DNA of 64,000 nucleotides. Source: an uncultured Phycisphaerales bacterium. Its GTDB lineage: Bacteria; Planctomycetota; Phycisphaerae; Sedimentisphaerales; Anaerobacaceae. Below are positions 9,499 through 17,314 of the stretch, one piece after another. Where the stretch lies: positions 1,248,001 to 1,312,000 of the forward strand of contig CAVYYI010000001.1 in the NCBI GenBank assembly GCA_963772725.1, in the 5' to 3' direction. The translations under genes and the position numbers were made by a program. The notes under the pieces were generated by a model, which had not been told where the DNA came from, did not search any database, and saw only the letters and a list, made by a program, of their open reading frames with translations. Every line of letters starts with the position of its first letter. The first letter of the stretch is position 1.

Positions 9499-10938
9499 AT
9501 GAAATTATTACGAATAGAATTCATAGCGACAGCCATAACAAGCCTGCTGATAACGCAGTTCTGCGGATGCACAAGCAAAGAGAAATATTACGACGATACC
9601 GCCAAAGCCAGAGATGCCGCGTACGAGAAGTGGAAAAATCGCAAGGAAAATCCGCAGGCCCAGGTATTAATCAGCGGGAAACTGAGTATCGAGGACTGCC
9701 TTAAACTGACGTTAGTAAATAATAAGACGCTGCAGCGCGTTTTAGAGGAAAAAACCATAGCCAAAGGCGAGGAGCTGAAATCCTATTCAGCTATGCTGCC
9801 GAGCGTAAATCTTACCGGCAATTACACCCGTAAAGACGAGCTCGATTCTTTAGGCGCTTTTACCCTGGGCAGTCTGGACAACTATTCGGTAGGTCTTAAC
9901 GTCAGCCAGCCTTTATTCGCGGGCGGTTCGATAATAGGAAGAATAAATTCCGCAAGACTGGCGTCTTTGCTTACAGACCAGGCTGTGCGGGCGGCGTTTG
10001 AGGACACAATTTACACCGCAAATCATCTTTACTACGATGTGCTTCTTAATCAGCGTCTCCTGGAAGTAGATGCCGACGCGATTCGCTCCGCAGAGGCGCA
10101 TCTTGACAGTGTCAGGCAGAAACGCCAGGCAGGCGCCGCATCCGATTTTGACGTTTTGCGGGCGGAGGTTGAGCTTTCCAATTTCAAAGCTGAGTATATC
10201 CAGAATAAAAACTGCATCAATATCGCAAAAACAAGTCTTCTTAAAACGATGGGAGTTTCGCAGGATAGCGTCATTTTGCTGACAGATGAGCTTATTTATA
10301 TCCCGTCCGATGTGAATATGGTGCTGGCGGTGGAGACGGCATATAAAAGCCGACCGGATTTATTTGGCAGACAATTCGATGTTACGCTTCAAAATGAACT
10401 GTTTAAAATCGCAAAGAGCAGATATTTTCCATCTTTATTCGGCAGCTTCGGCGATTTGGCATCCAGACCCGACCCTCGCGACCCTACGAAGATTGAATGG
10501 GGAAATTCATGGCAGGCCGGCCTGACGGCGACATTTCCATTATTCGACGGATTCACGCGAGAGGGTGACGTTATGCAGCAGAAGGCACGGATGAAACAGG
10601 CGAACATAAATCTGACCGACGCGGAAGAGACCGCGTTGTTCGAGCTGGCTGAAGCGCAGTTGAGCATTGAAAACGCGGCGGAATTTGTCGAATCCCAGAA
10701 GTTAAATCTCAGCCGCGCACAGGAAGGACTGCGCCTGGCGGAACTGGGTTACAAGGAAGGAATAAATACGCAGGTTGAAATGATTGACGCGCAGACGGCC
10801 TTGACAAAGGCAAAGGCGTTTTATTACCAGGCGATTTATTCGCACATTATCGGCAAGCTCAACTTGAAAAAAGCGATGGGCATTCTGGCGCCTTTTGAGC
10901 AACCGGTCCCCGCAGTCAGTCAGAAAACCGAAAAATAA
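9499..10938 (+). CDS. TolC-family outer-membrane efflux lipoprotein
   Basis: Lipobox-like QFCGC; two OEP repeats (SDFDVLRAEVEL; NTQVEMIDAQ). Confidence 0.85.
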   Translation: MKLLRIEFIATAITSLLITQFCGCTSKEKYYDDTAKARDAAYEKWKNRKENPQAQVLISGKLSIEDCLKLTLVNNKTLQRVLEEKTIAKGEELKSYSAMLPSVNLTGNYTRKDELDSLGAFTLGSLDNYSVGLNVSQPLFAGGSIIGRINSARLASLLTDQAVRAAFEDTIYTANHLYYDVLLNQRLLEVDADAIRSAEAHLDSVRQKRQAGAASDFDVLRAEVELSNFKAEYIQNKNCINIAKTSLLKTMGVSQDSVILLTDELIYIPSDVNMVLAVETAYKSRPDLFGRQFDVTLQNELFKIAKSRYFPSLFGSFGDLASRPDPRDPTKIEWGNSWQAGLTATFPLFDGFTREGDVMQQKARMKQANINLTDAEETALFELAEAQLSIENAAEFVESQKLNLSRAQEGLRLAELGYKEGINTQVEMIDAQTALTKAKAFYYQAIYSHIIGKLNLKKAMGILAPFEQPVPAVSQKTEK

Positions 10939-10977
10939 AGACGTAAAAACCTTTATCAAAAAGCGAGTGGAGGATAT

Positions 10978-11757
10978 ATGGAAACTTTTGTAAAACCAAA
11001 GGTTGAAACCTTCAGCGATTTAAGCAGCCTGTCACAGCAATGCGTTGCGTATTTTGTCAATTACGCTGAAGAGGCCATAAAAACCAATAACGTGTTTTAC
11101 GCGGCGGTATCCGGGGGCAAAACTCCGAAACATTTTTTTGAGCTGTTAGCGGAATCTCCGAAAGCCAAATCTATCAAGTGGGAGAAAGTGCATTTGTTCT
11201 GGGTTGATGAGCGATACGTCTCAGCGGATTCGCAATACAGCAATTACAGGCTGGCATCTGAAAGTTTTATTTCAAAGGTCGCGATACCAAGCAGCAATAT
11301 ACACAAAATCGGGACGGGGTATCACGACATCGCGCTGGCGGCACAAAAATACGAAGAGGAAATGCTCAGTGTATTCGGCCTGAAAAAAGGTGAGATTCCG
11401 CGATTTGATTTGATTGTGCTGGGGATGGGCTCCGACGGTCATACGGCTTCATTGTTTCCGGGATGGAAGGCATCCGGCAAGATAAAAGGGTTAGCATGCG
11501 CGGTTCATGTAAATAATATGCCGGGCAGGATAACGCTGACACCGGCGGTTTTACGTGCGGCTAATCATCTTCTTGTCCTGGTAAGCGGGGGGGAAAAGGC
11601 TGAAATCCTGAAAAAGGTCATGACCTGTGAACCGAATGAGGATAAATACCCGATTCAGATTCTTATGCCGGTGATGGATAAAGTTACGTGGCTTATTGAC
11701 AGTCAAGCCGCTAAGGAAATCACCCATATTAATTTGCAGCAGCACGCGCCGGCATAG
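10978..11757 (+). CDS. pgl: 6-phosphogluconolactonase
   Basis: SGGKTP, FWVDER, SNY, LGMGSDGHTASLFP, RITLT. Confidence 0.95.
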   Translation: METFVKPKVETFSDLSSLSQQCVAYFVNYAEEAIKTNNVFYAAVSGGKTPKHFFELLAESPKAKSIKWEKVHLFWVDERYVSADSQYSNYRLASESFISKVAIPSSNIHKIGTGYHDIALAAQKYEEEMLSVFGLKKGEIPRFDLIVLGMGSDGHTASLFPGWKASGKIKGLACAVHVNNMPGRITLTPAVLRAANHLLVLVSGGEKAEILKKVMTCEPNEDKYPIQILMPVMDKVTWLIDSQAAKEITHINLQQHAPA

Positions 11758-11938
11758 AAACTATATATTCCGTCAAACCTGTCCTGTTATTTGACAAAAA
11801 ACATAATAATTACGACGACAGCCCCTATACCAAGGATAATCGACATCAAAATTAGTTCAAATCTACTCATATTGCTTGCTCTTTTGCTTCAAGACTCCGC
11901 AATTCTAAAGCACATTTTGGCCGACTACAATATCAGTC

Positions 11939-11966
11939 AAATAGCCCCAAGGGGATTCGAACCCCT
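11939..11966. repeat. att core, tRNA-distal copy (duplicated tRNA-Glu 3' end)
   Basis: Identical to 18617-18644. Confidence 0.95.
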
Positions 11967-12165
11967 TGAGGAAAAATCATATCCACTTACAGATAAAGGA
12001 CTTACAGAAAACCAAAATCCTGTCTTGTCCACCAGCTTGGACATTTTATTGCAAAAAGACCCCGAACTCAAGCAGATAATTCAAGTTTGGCCGAACCTGC
12101 CGGAACATATCAAAGCCGCTATCAAGGCTTTAACTCAAACGCATATTGGGGAGAAAAACAAATGA
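11941..12165 (+). other. Detached C-terminal coding segment of the integrase (in frame only at attP)
   Basis: Reads IAPRGFEPL in the same frame as the integrase end, stays open for 65 more codons, and its stop overlaps the next ATG (ATGA). Confidence 0.7.
12021..12043 (+). promoter_or_regulatory. Putative integrase arm-type sites
   Basis: TGTCTTGTCCACCAGCTTGGACA, 20/23 match to 18504-18526; sub-repeats 12 bp apart. Confidence 0.65.
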
Positions 12166-12457
12166 GAGATTTTAGCAGGCGAATAAACACTGTCGAAAAA
12201 CAATTAAACTTTGGACGGCACACAAAGCATATTCTGATTCTGCCGCCTCTTATTACTTCGATTTCCGGCAGAACCTTAACGGCTGAAGATGAACAAAAGC
12301 TGGGAGCAATAGAAAGCTGGATTACTTACCAAGAGCAATTACAAGCACAGGAAAAGGCCAATGCCGAGATTCTAAAGAACAATCCAGACTGTATTGGATG
12401 CCCATAATAATCGACCTGAATGTTGATAAGGAATATAAAGCAAGAGCAAGCCAATGA
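12162..12457 (+). CDS. Small element protein (likely 1-nt loss near 12402)
   Basis: GGGGAG RBS; MRDFSRRINTVEKQLN; a shifted frame continues IIIDLNVDKEYKARASQ to an ATGA overlap at 12454. Confidence 0.6.
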
Positions 12458-12645
12458 ATAGCGGTATAAAGAAACGGATTGAGAAAATCGAGGACAAACT
12501 CAATATGGGCAAAGAGCCGCCCGTTATTTTTGAATATACCGCTGAAAACGGTATTGAACAAAAAATAGAAATGCCTTCGGACGATTTTGATAAATTGCTG
12601 AAAGAGATACAAAGCGAATCTAAAGGGCTGCCAATTAAGGAATGA
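12454..12645 (+). CDS. Small element protein, N-terminal KKRIEKIEDKLN motif
   Basis: 63 aa; ATGA overlaps at its ends. Confidence 0.65.
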   Translation: MNSGIKKRIEKIEDKLNMGKEPPVIFEYTAENGIEQKIEMPSDDFDKLLKEIQSESKGLPIKE

Positions 12646-12845
12646 CAATGAATATAAATATGAAAAAACGAATTGAGCGAATTGAAAGCAAACTTAATAC
12701 GGATAGGCGGAACTCTAAGATTTTGTTTTGCGGAAACGAGGAAATCCCGCCGGAGTCTCGACACATACTCCGTGTAATCGGCCTTGAACCGATAGAAGTC
12801 CACAGGCCGGACGGAAGAACAAACAAAATTTTTCTTGAAAGTTAG
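12642..12845 (+). CDS. Small element protein, N-terminal KKRIERIESKLN motif
   Basis: 67 aa; N-terminus similar to the previous ORF. Confidence 0.65.
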   Translation: MTMNINMKKRIERIESKLNTDRRNSKILFCGNEEIPPESRHILRVIGLEPIEVHRPDGRTNKIFLES

Positions 12846-12849
12846 TGAT

Positions 12850-13257
12850 ATGCCGACAGAAACCAACAAAAAGCAACAGATTAACGAAAAGTCTGAACTT
12901 ACTCCGCGTCAGCTAAAGGCAATCCCCCTTATTGTGGCAGGCAATACCTGTACAGAGGGTATTGAAAAGGCCAAAATCAACCGCACAACCTTTTACAAAT
13001 GGCTAAAACAGCCGGAGTTTAAGGCGGAACTCGACAGGCAGCGGAACGAAATCGCCGATGAAGCCTTCAGGGTATTGGAGAACAACTTATCAAAGGCCGT
13101 AACCGCTTTAACTGGCCTTCTGGACACACAGGACAACCGCTTGAAACGTCTTGTATGCAATGATATTATCGAGCATATACTACAGCGCAAAGAGAACGAA
13201 GACATCAACGAACGATTGACAGCAATAGAACAGCGGTTAGACGAAAGGCGAAATTAG
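12850..13257 (+). CDS. HTH protein resembling a terminase small subunit
   Basis: LTPRQLKAI...AKINRTTFYKWLKQPEFKAEL HTH, helical middle, C-terminal EDINERLTAIEQRL coil. Confidence 0.6.
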   Translation: MPTETNKKQQINEKSELTPRQLKAIPLIVAGNTCTEGIEKAKINRTTFYKWLKQPEFKAELDRQRNEIADEAFRVLENNLSKAVTALTGLLDTQDNRLKRLVCNDIIEHILQRKENEDINERLTAIEQRLDERRN

Positions 13258-13847
13258 CGTTTCCTTCTCAGCATCACCACACCCAGGCTGAACAGCAAAA
13301 ACGTCGCGGGTTCGGGAACATTTACAAATTCAATTCTTGCGTTATAGAAAACGGCAGCATTAATATCGATTAAAGTACCATCGGATAATATTCCCGTTAA
13401 TTGATGTCTTGGTTCGCTGGGGACATTTGCTTGATTGTGAGTCGTGCTATACAACGGAGTTTGTGCTGGCAAGCCATCAATATTAAAATTGCTCCCATAG
13501 AGCGTTATAACACTTGTTCCAAAAGCTAATAAATCGTCATCTACGAAATCAGGATTGGTGTAAATATCGAAACCTGGCAACCCACCATAAATATTGATTC
13601 GCACTGAGTTCAACGCCCATATACCACTTTCAATTTTGCCGCCATATATATTAATGGTCGCTCTGTCATAAGTATTTATTTCAATGCATTCAGCGTTATC
13701 AAAAAAATTGAGCTTGGTATTATGGGAAACAGAAATGTAACCATCCACAAAATAATCTACATTATGTGTACCGTTATCATCTAAATATAAACTGGCATCG
13801 GAACTTGCTGACAGAAAGAGCATTAAGCAAAAAACCATTTTGTTCAT
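13254..13847 (-). CDS. PEP-CTERM surface protein
   Basis: Signal peptide; C-terminal VPEPATFLLFSLGVVMLRRKR. Confidence 0.9.
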   Translation of the reverse strand: MNKMVFCLMLFLSASSDASLYLDDNGTHNVDYFVDGYISVSHNTKLNFFDNAECIEINTYDRATINIYGGKIESGIWALNSVRINIYGGLPGFDIYTNPDFVDDDLLAFGTSVITLYGSNFNIDGLPAQTPLYSTTHNQANVPSEPRHQLTGILSDGTLIDINAAVFYNARIEFVNVPEPATFLLFSLGVVMLRRKR

Positions 13848-14043
13848 TTTTTCACCTCTTAAAAATTATTGATATTTAAGCGTGCCTATGGCACATAAAT
13901 TGCGATATACCGATAAATTGGTTTACGGAATTGTCCCTACTCCGCATCTCACAACACCTTAATTATTACTTTGTTCGCTAAAGTTGAATAAATTATACGC
14001 CTTTTAAGCAGAAATACAAGGAAAAAATGGCAAGGGCAGAAAG

Positions 14044-14072
14044 TTGCTTTTTATAGCATTTTCTGCTAATAT
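14044..14072 (+). promoter_or_regulatory. Putative sigma70 promoter
   Basis: TTGCTT-17 bp-TAATAT. Confidence 0.45.
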
Positions 14073-14094
14073 AGCGGCAATATTAAGAATTAAG

Positions 14095-14188
14095 TCGGGA
14101 CGGCAGGCCGTACACCTGCTAAGCGGTTTGGGGTTAGTGCTGTACACCTGTCCGGCATTGACCCTCAACCGACCCGAAAAGGACAGGT
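14095..14188 (+). ncRNA. Candidate structured leader RNA (three-way junction with possible RBS pseudoknot)
   Basis: TCGGG/CCCGA closing stem, GCAGG/CCTGC hairpin, 18/19-pair hairpin 14124-14171; GTACACCTG occurs twice; ACCTGTCC is complementary to GGACAGGT before ATG 14194. Confidence 0.55.
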
Positions 14189-14193
14189 TAAAA

Positions 14194-15498
14194 ATGCCAA
14201 GTTTAAATAAATCGCAAAAGTATCTTATTGCTCATATCAAAAAATATGAAAATATTATAACAAAAATTAGCAACGGTATAACAGACTATCGGCTTCATTT
14301 CGGCAATCCTTATATTATAAAAAAAGCAGAAAAGAACTGGCTGACTTTTGAGTTTTATCCATTACTGGAAAGTAATATTGATATATTTCTCTCGCCTGAA
14401 CAGGCAAACTATTTTAAGGAAATAATAAAGGATGCTCATACAGTTTTAGCGAAGTTATCGAATAAATATAATTATACGCCATATAGGTGCTACTCTCTTG
14501 CTTCACAGGATATAAAAAAGCTTGCGGATGCTTCAGTCGTATCTGAAAAGATTATTCAATCTTTCAAAAAACAACCTTCTCTTATGGCTAACATTCAAAA
14601 ACGTGAGGAATTAGAAGAAAAACTTATAAATTCGGGCTATAGCGAACTGGAAATTGCAAAATTGAGCAGTTACGCTGAAATAGATGCGGCAATAGAAAGC
14701 CCCCAAACCAAAGAAAGACAGGAAGAGATGGACAATTCCGAACTCCTGATTCAGCTTGCTGAAAAGCTACGAGCAATCTATGAGCCTTATGTGGACGTAA
14801 TCGGTCAAGACTTTGAATCTTGGGAAGATGTTTTCGATAAGTGCGGCACGGCACTTAAACAATGCTTGCGTGAAGTTGAAGATGCGATTTCGCTAATAAG
14901 CAATGTACAATATGAGAAAAACAAGGAACTTTTACTGTGTCTCATACAGGTAAGGAATAAAATGACAGAAGCTTTCCAAGAAGCTAAGTCGAACAGGGCT
15001 TTCAATCCGAAAAATTTAGGATTTGAAAATGAGATAGAAAGTGCAATAGAAATAATTGATGACATTCTTGGTCGTATTGATGAGCCTAAACTTACAAAAT
15101 TTGCAGACGAATTGGAAGCCATAGGTAGGATTGAACGAGCTAACCAGCAGACAGCAGAAGAACTTAACAGTGGAGACAGCAGGAAAAACAAAAACCTTAA
15201 AAAACCTGATATTCCACAAGACATTGTAAAAACACAAGCAACCAAAACGCCAAAGCCTGTGGTTGTATTAGATGGTAAAGACCGAAAAATTTTATCAGCA
15301 CTTGAAAAGTATAACCAATTAGTAAATCAAGTTGACCTTGAAAGTGATTCTTCAATAGGATTAAGTCGCAAGACTATCGGCAAGAGATTACTACTTCTTC
15401 ATAAAGCGGATTACATCTGTTATCCTAAAGGGGAAAATGGGGGCATATCAATAACAAATTTAGGGAAAGAGGTTTTAAAACCACAAAAGACATCTTAA
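14194..15498 (+). CDS. Helical protein with a C-terminal winged-HTH (putative regulator)
   Basis: LDGKDRKILSAL...LSRKTIGKRLLLLHKADYI...ISITNLG; AT-rich gene. Confidence 0.6.
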   Translation: MPSLNKSQKYLIAHIKKYENIITKISNGITDYRLHFGNPYIIKKAEKNWLTFEFYPLLESNIDIFLSPEQANYFKEIIKDAHTVLAKLSNKYNYTPYRCYSLASQDIKKLADASVVSEKIIQSFKKQPSLMANIQKREELEEKLINSGYSELEIAKLSSYAEIDAAIESPQTKERQEEMDNSELLIQLAEKLRAIYEPYVDVIGQDFESWEDVFDKCGTALKQCLREVEDAISLISNVQYEKNKELLLCLIQVRNKMTEAFQEAKSNRAFNPKNLGFENEIESAIEIIDDILGRIDEPKLTKFADELEAIGRIERANQQTAEELNSGDSRKNKNLKKPDIPQDIVKTQATKTPKPVVVLDGKDRKILSALEKYNQLVNQVDLESDSSIGLSRKTIGKRLLLLHKADYICYPKGENGGISITNLGKEVLKPQKTS

Positions 15499-15505
15499 AA
15501 TACTC

Positions 15506-15541
15506 TTCCCATAAACTACCCAAACATTTCCCATAAACTAC
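15506..15541 (+). promoter_or_regulatory. Direct-repeat operator candidate
   Basis: TTCCCATAAACTAC at 15506 and 15528 (22-bp period), upstream of the xis-like operon. Confidence 0.6.
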
Positions 15542-15579
15542 GCACGCGCTATTTTTCATAGTGCTATATTTACGGCATT

Positions 15580-15780
15580 ATGAAAGATACAACGCCGAAA
15601 TTATTGATTACGGGACAAATGGCACGGCAATTACGTGTGCCTGTAAAATGGCTAAAAGCTCAAGCAGAGGCAGGAAAAATACCGCACCTCAAAGCCGACC
15701 GCGTATTTCTTTTCAATCCTGACGTTGTAGAGCAATTGCTTATCGAGCGGGCAAGCAAAGGGGGGCAAAATGCCCACTGA
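15580..15780 (+). CDS. Excisionase-like HTH protein
   Basis: LITGQMARQLRVPVKWLKAQAEAGKIP...VFLFN. Confidence 0.7.
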   Translation: MKDTTPKLLITGQMARQLRVPVKWLKAQAEAGKIPHLKADRVFLFNPDVVEQLLIERASKGGQNAH

Positions 15781-16018
15781 AACTATCCCCGCTAAAATTG
15801 AACCCGCCCTGCTTACAATTGAGCAGGTCTGCCAGCTATTAAACATATCCCGCGCAGAGTTTTATCGCTTGGATGCTACGGGGAAATTTGCCCCCCTGCC
15901 GGTGGGATTATGTGCTAAGCGGCTATATGTACGCACTGAAATAGAAGATTGGATAAGAAGCGGGCTACCGCATAGAAAAATATGGCAAACAATTAAAAAT
16001 AAAGGGGCAAAACAATGA
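15770..16018 (+). CDS. AlpA/Xis-like DNA-binding protein
   Basis: LLTIEQVCQLLNISRAEFYRL..GKFAPLP...EIEDWI. Confidence 0.8.
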   Translation: MPTETIPAKIEPALLTIEQVCQLLNISRAEFYRLDATGKFAPLPVGLCAKRLYVRTEIEDWIRSGLPHRKIWQTIKNKGAKQ

Positions 16019-16242
16019 TTGCAGAAAAAGAAAAGGCCACTGCGTCAACAGCGGCCAAAGACAACAAACTACAATACAAATCATATCGCAGGACTGCGCC
16101 ACTGTCAAGTCTGAAAACGCAAATCGGTGAACTGCTATTTGCATTGCTTACAGGAAACAAGAAGCCGGACGGCTGGCAGCGATTCGACCGGCTCTTACAT
16201 AGATTTTATCAGCAGAACTCAAGACAAAGGGGCATCGAGTAA
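16015..16242 (+). CDS. Hypothetical element protein
   Basis: ATGA overlap with the upstream gene; 75 aa. Confidence 0.5.
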   Translation: MIAEKEKATASTAAKDNKLQYKSYRRTAPLSSLKTQIGELLFALLTGNKKPDGWQRFDRLLHRFYQQNSRQRGIE

Positions 16243-16246
16243 GGTT

Positions 16247-16804
16247 ATGGAAGAACAAAACAGAAAACCTTATTGGGTTTACGAGACTACCGTCCAGCAA
16301 AACGACAGGCTTGTTATGAGTAAAAAGTTTATCCACTCGAAGCCATTCGTTAAATTAACCGGCGCCGCCAAACAAATACTGATTGAATTGTATATGCGAT
16401 TGAAGCTGGAAAGTTATGAACCCAAAAGAAATCGCAGAAGCGATAAACAGTTTTTTGCCAGCAATAACGGCAAACTTGTTTTGACGTATAGCGGGCTTCA
16501 TAAACAATTTGGATATTCGACCGCTACCATAAGCAAAGCAATAGACCAGCTTGCGGCAAAAGGGTTTATTGAAATTGTGCAGCTTGGCTGCGGAGTTAAA
16601 AGGCAATCGCATAAAATCGCTTTGATAAATAACTGGCAAGACTACGGAACTGAAAAATTTGCAGCAGGCAAAGGCAAAGCAGATGAACCAGTGAACGGCG
16701 GGTTCAAGAAGCGGAAAAATTTACAAACAACTTCAGATACTAAAGCAGGTATAACTTCAGAAACTAAAGCTGTTCGGGAACAAAACTATCAAGAATCAGG
16801 CTAA
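16247..16804 (+). CDS. wHTH replication-initiator-like protein
   Basis: KLTGAAKQILIEL...NNGKLVLTY...STATISKAIDQLAAKGFIE; iterons at the 3' end. Confidence 0.65.
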   Translation: MEEQNRKPYWVYETTVQQNDRLVMSKKFIHSKPFVKLTGAAKQILIELYMRLKLESYEPKRNRRSDKQFFASNNGKLVLTYSGLHKQFGYSTATISKAIDQLAAKGFIEIVQLGCGVKRQSHKIALINNWQDYGTEKFAAGKGKADEPVNGGFKKRKNLQTTSDTKAGITSETKAVREQNYQESG

Positions 16805-16857
16805 CAACTTCAGAAACTAAAGCAGTGGAGCGGCTTTACCGCTTTAGAAACTAAAGT
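16729..16857 (+). repeat. Iteron-like repeats (putative element origin)
   Basis: AACTTCAGA(A/T)ACTAAAGC at 16729, 16753, 16806, a degenerate copy at 16840, then an AT-rich tract. Confidence 0.75.
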
Positions 16858-17076
16858 ATTTTATAATAAGCCACTCCCTGTGGTTTAAGATTATGATGTA
16901 AAGGTTATTGATGATGTTAAGGAAATAAATTAAAAATGCGAATGCTATTTTTTAAACAGAGAAAAGAAAAATCAGTTGTTACGAATGAGAGAGCGCAGCG
17001 AAGCATTAAAGAGAGCAAAGCAAGCGAACGAATGAGTATGATTTTTATTTTGAGAAAAAATATTTTTATTTTTTGC

Positions 17077-17104
17077 TTGACGAATGTAAAGTATGATGTA
17101 TAAT
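17077..17104 (+). promoter_or_regulatory. Near-consensus sigma70 promoter for the HTH-integrase operon
   Basis: TTGACG-16 bp-TATAAT with an AT-rich upstream tract. Confidence 0.7.
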
Positions 17105-17110
17105 TTAAGT

Positions 17111-17314
17111 ATGATAATCGAACTGATAAAAAAACAAATCAAAGCCTGCGGCAAAAGCAGGTATCAAATCAGCCTTGATACTGGTGTTGAGCAGGCTGTT
17201 CTTTGCAGGATTATGCAAGGCGGAAGCTGCAAGGTCGAAACCGCTGATATTTTGTTGGATTACTTTGGGTTTACAATCACTAAAAAGCCAAAGAAAAGGC
17301 AGGTGAAAAAATGA
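17111..17314 (+). CDS. Small Cro/XRE-like HTH regulator
   Basis: GKSRYQISLDTGVEQAVLCRIMQG; ATGA overlap with the integrase. Confidence 0.75.
   Translation: MIIELIKKQIKACGKSRYQISLDTGVEQAVLCRIMQGGSCKVETADILLDYFGFTITKKPKKRQVKK

Noticed and set aside
11939..11966. Second tRNA gene
   Set aside because: Only the 3' portion (T-arm and acceptor strand) is present.
11791..12165. Stand-alone 124-aa gene
   Set aside because: It crosses the att junction with a weak TTG start; only the part after att looks protein-like and is better explained as the integrase tail.
13889..13904. Sigma54 promoter for the PEP-CTERM gene
   Set aside because: The motif is on the plus strand, pointing away from the minus-strand gene.
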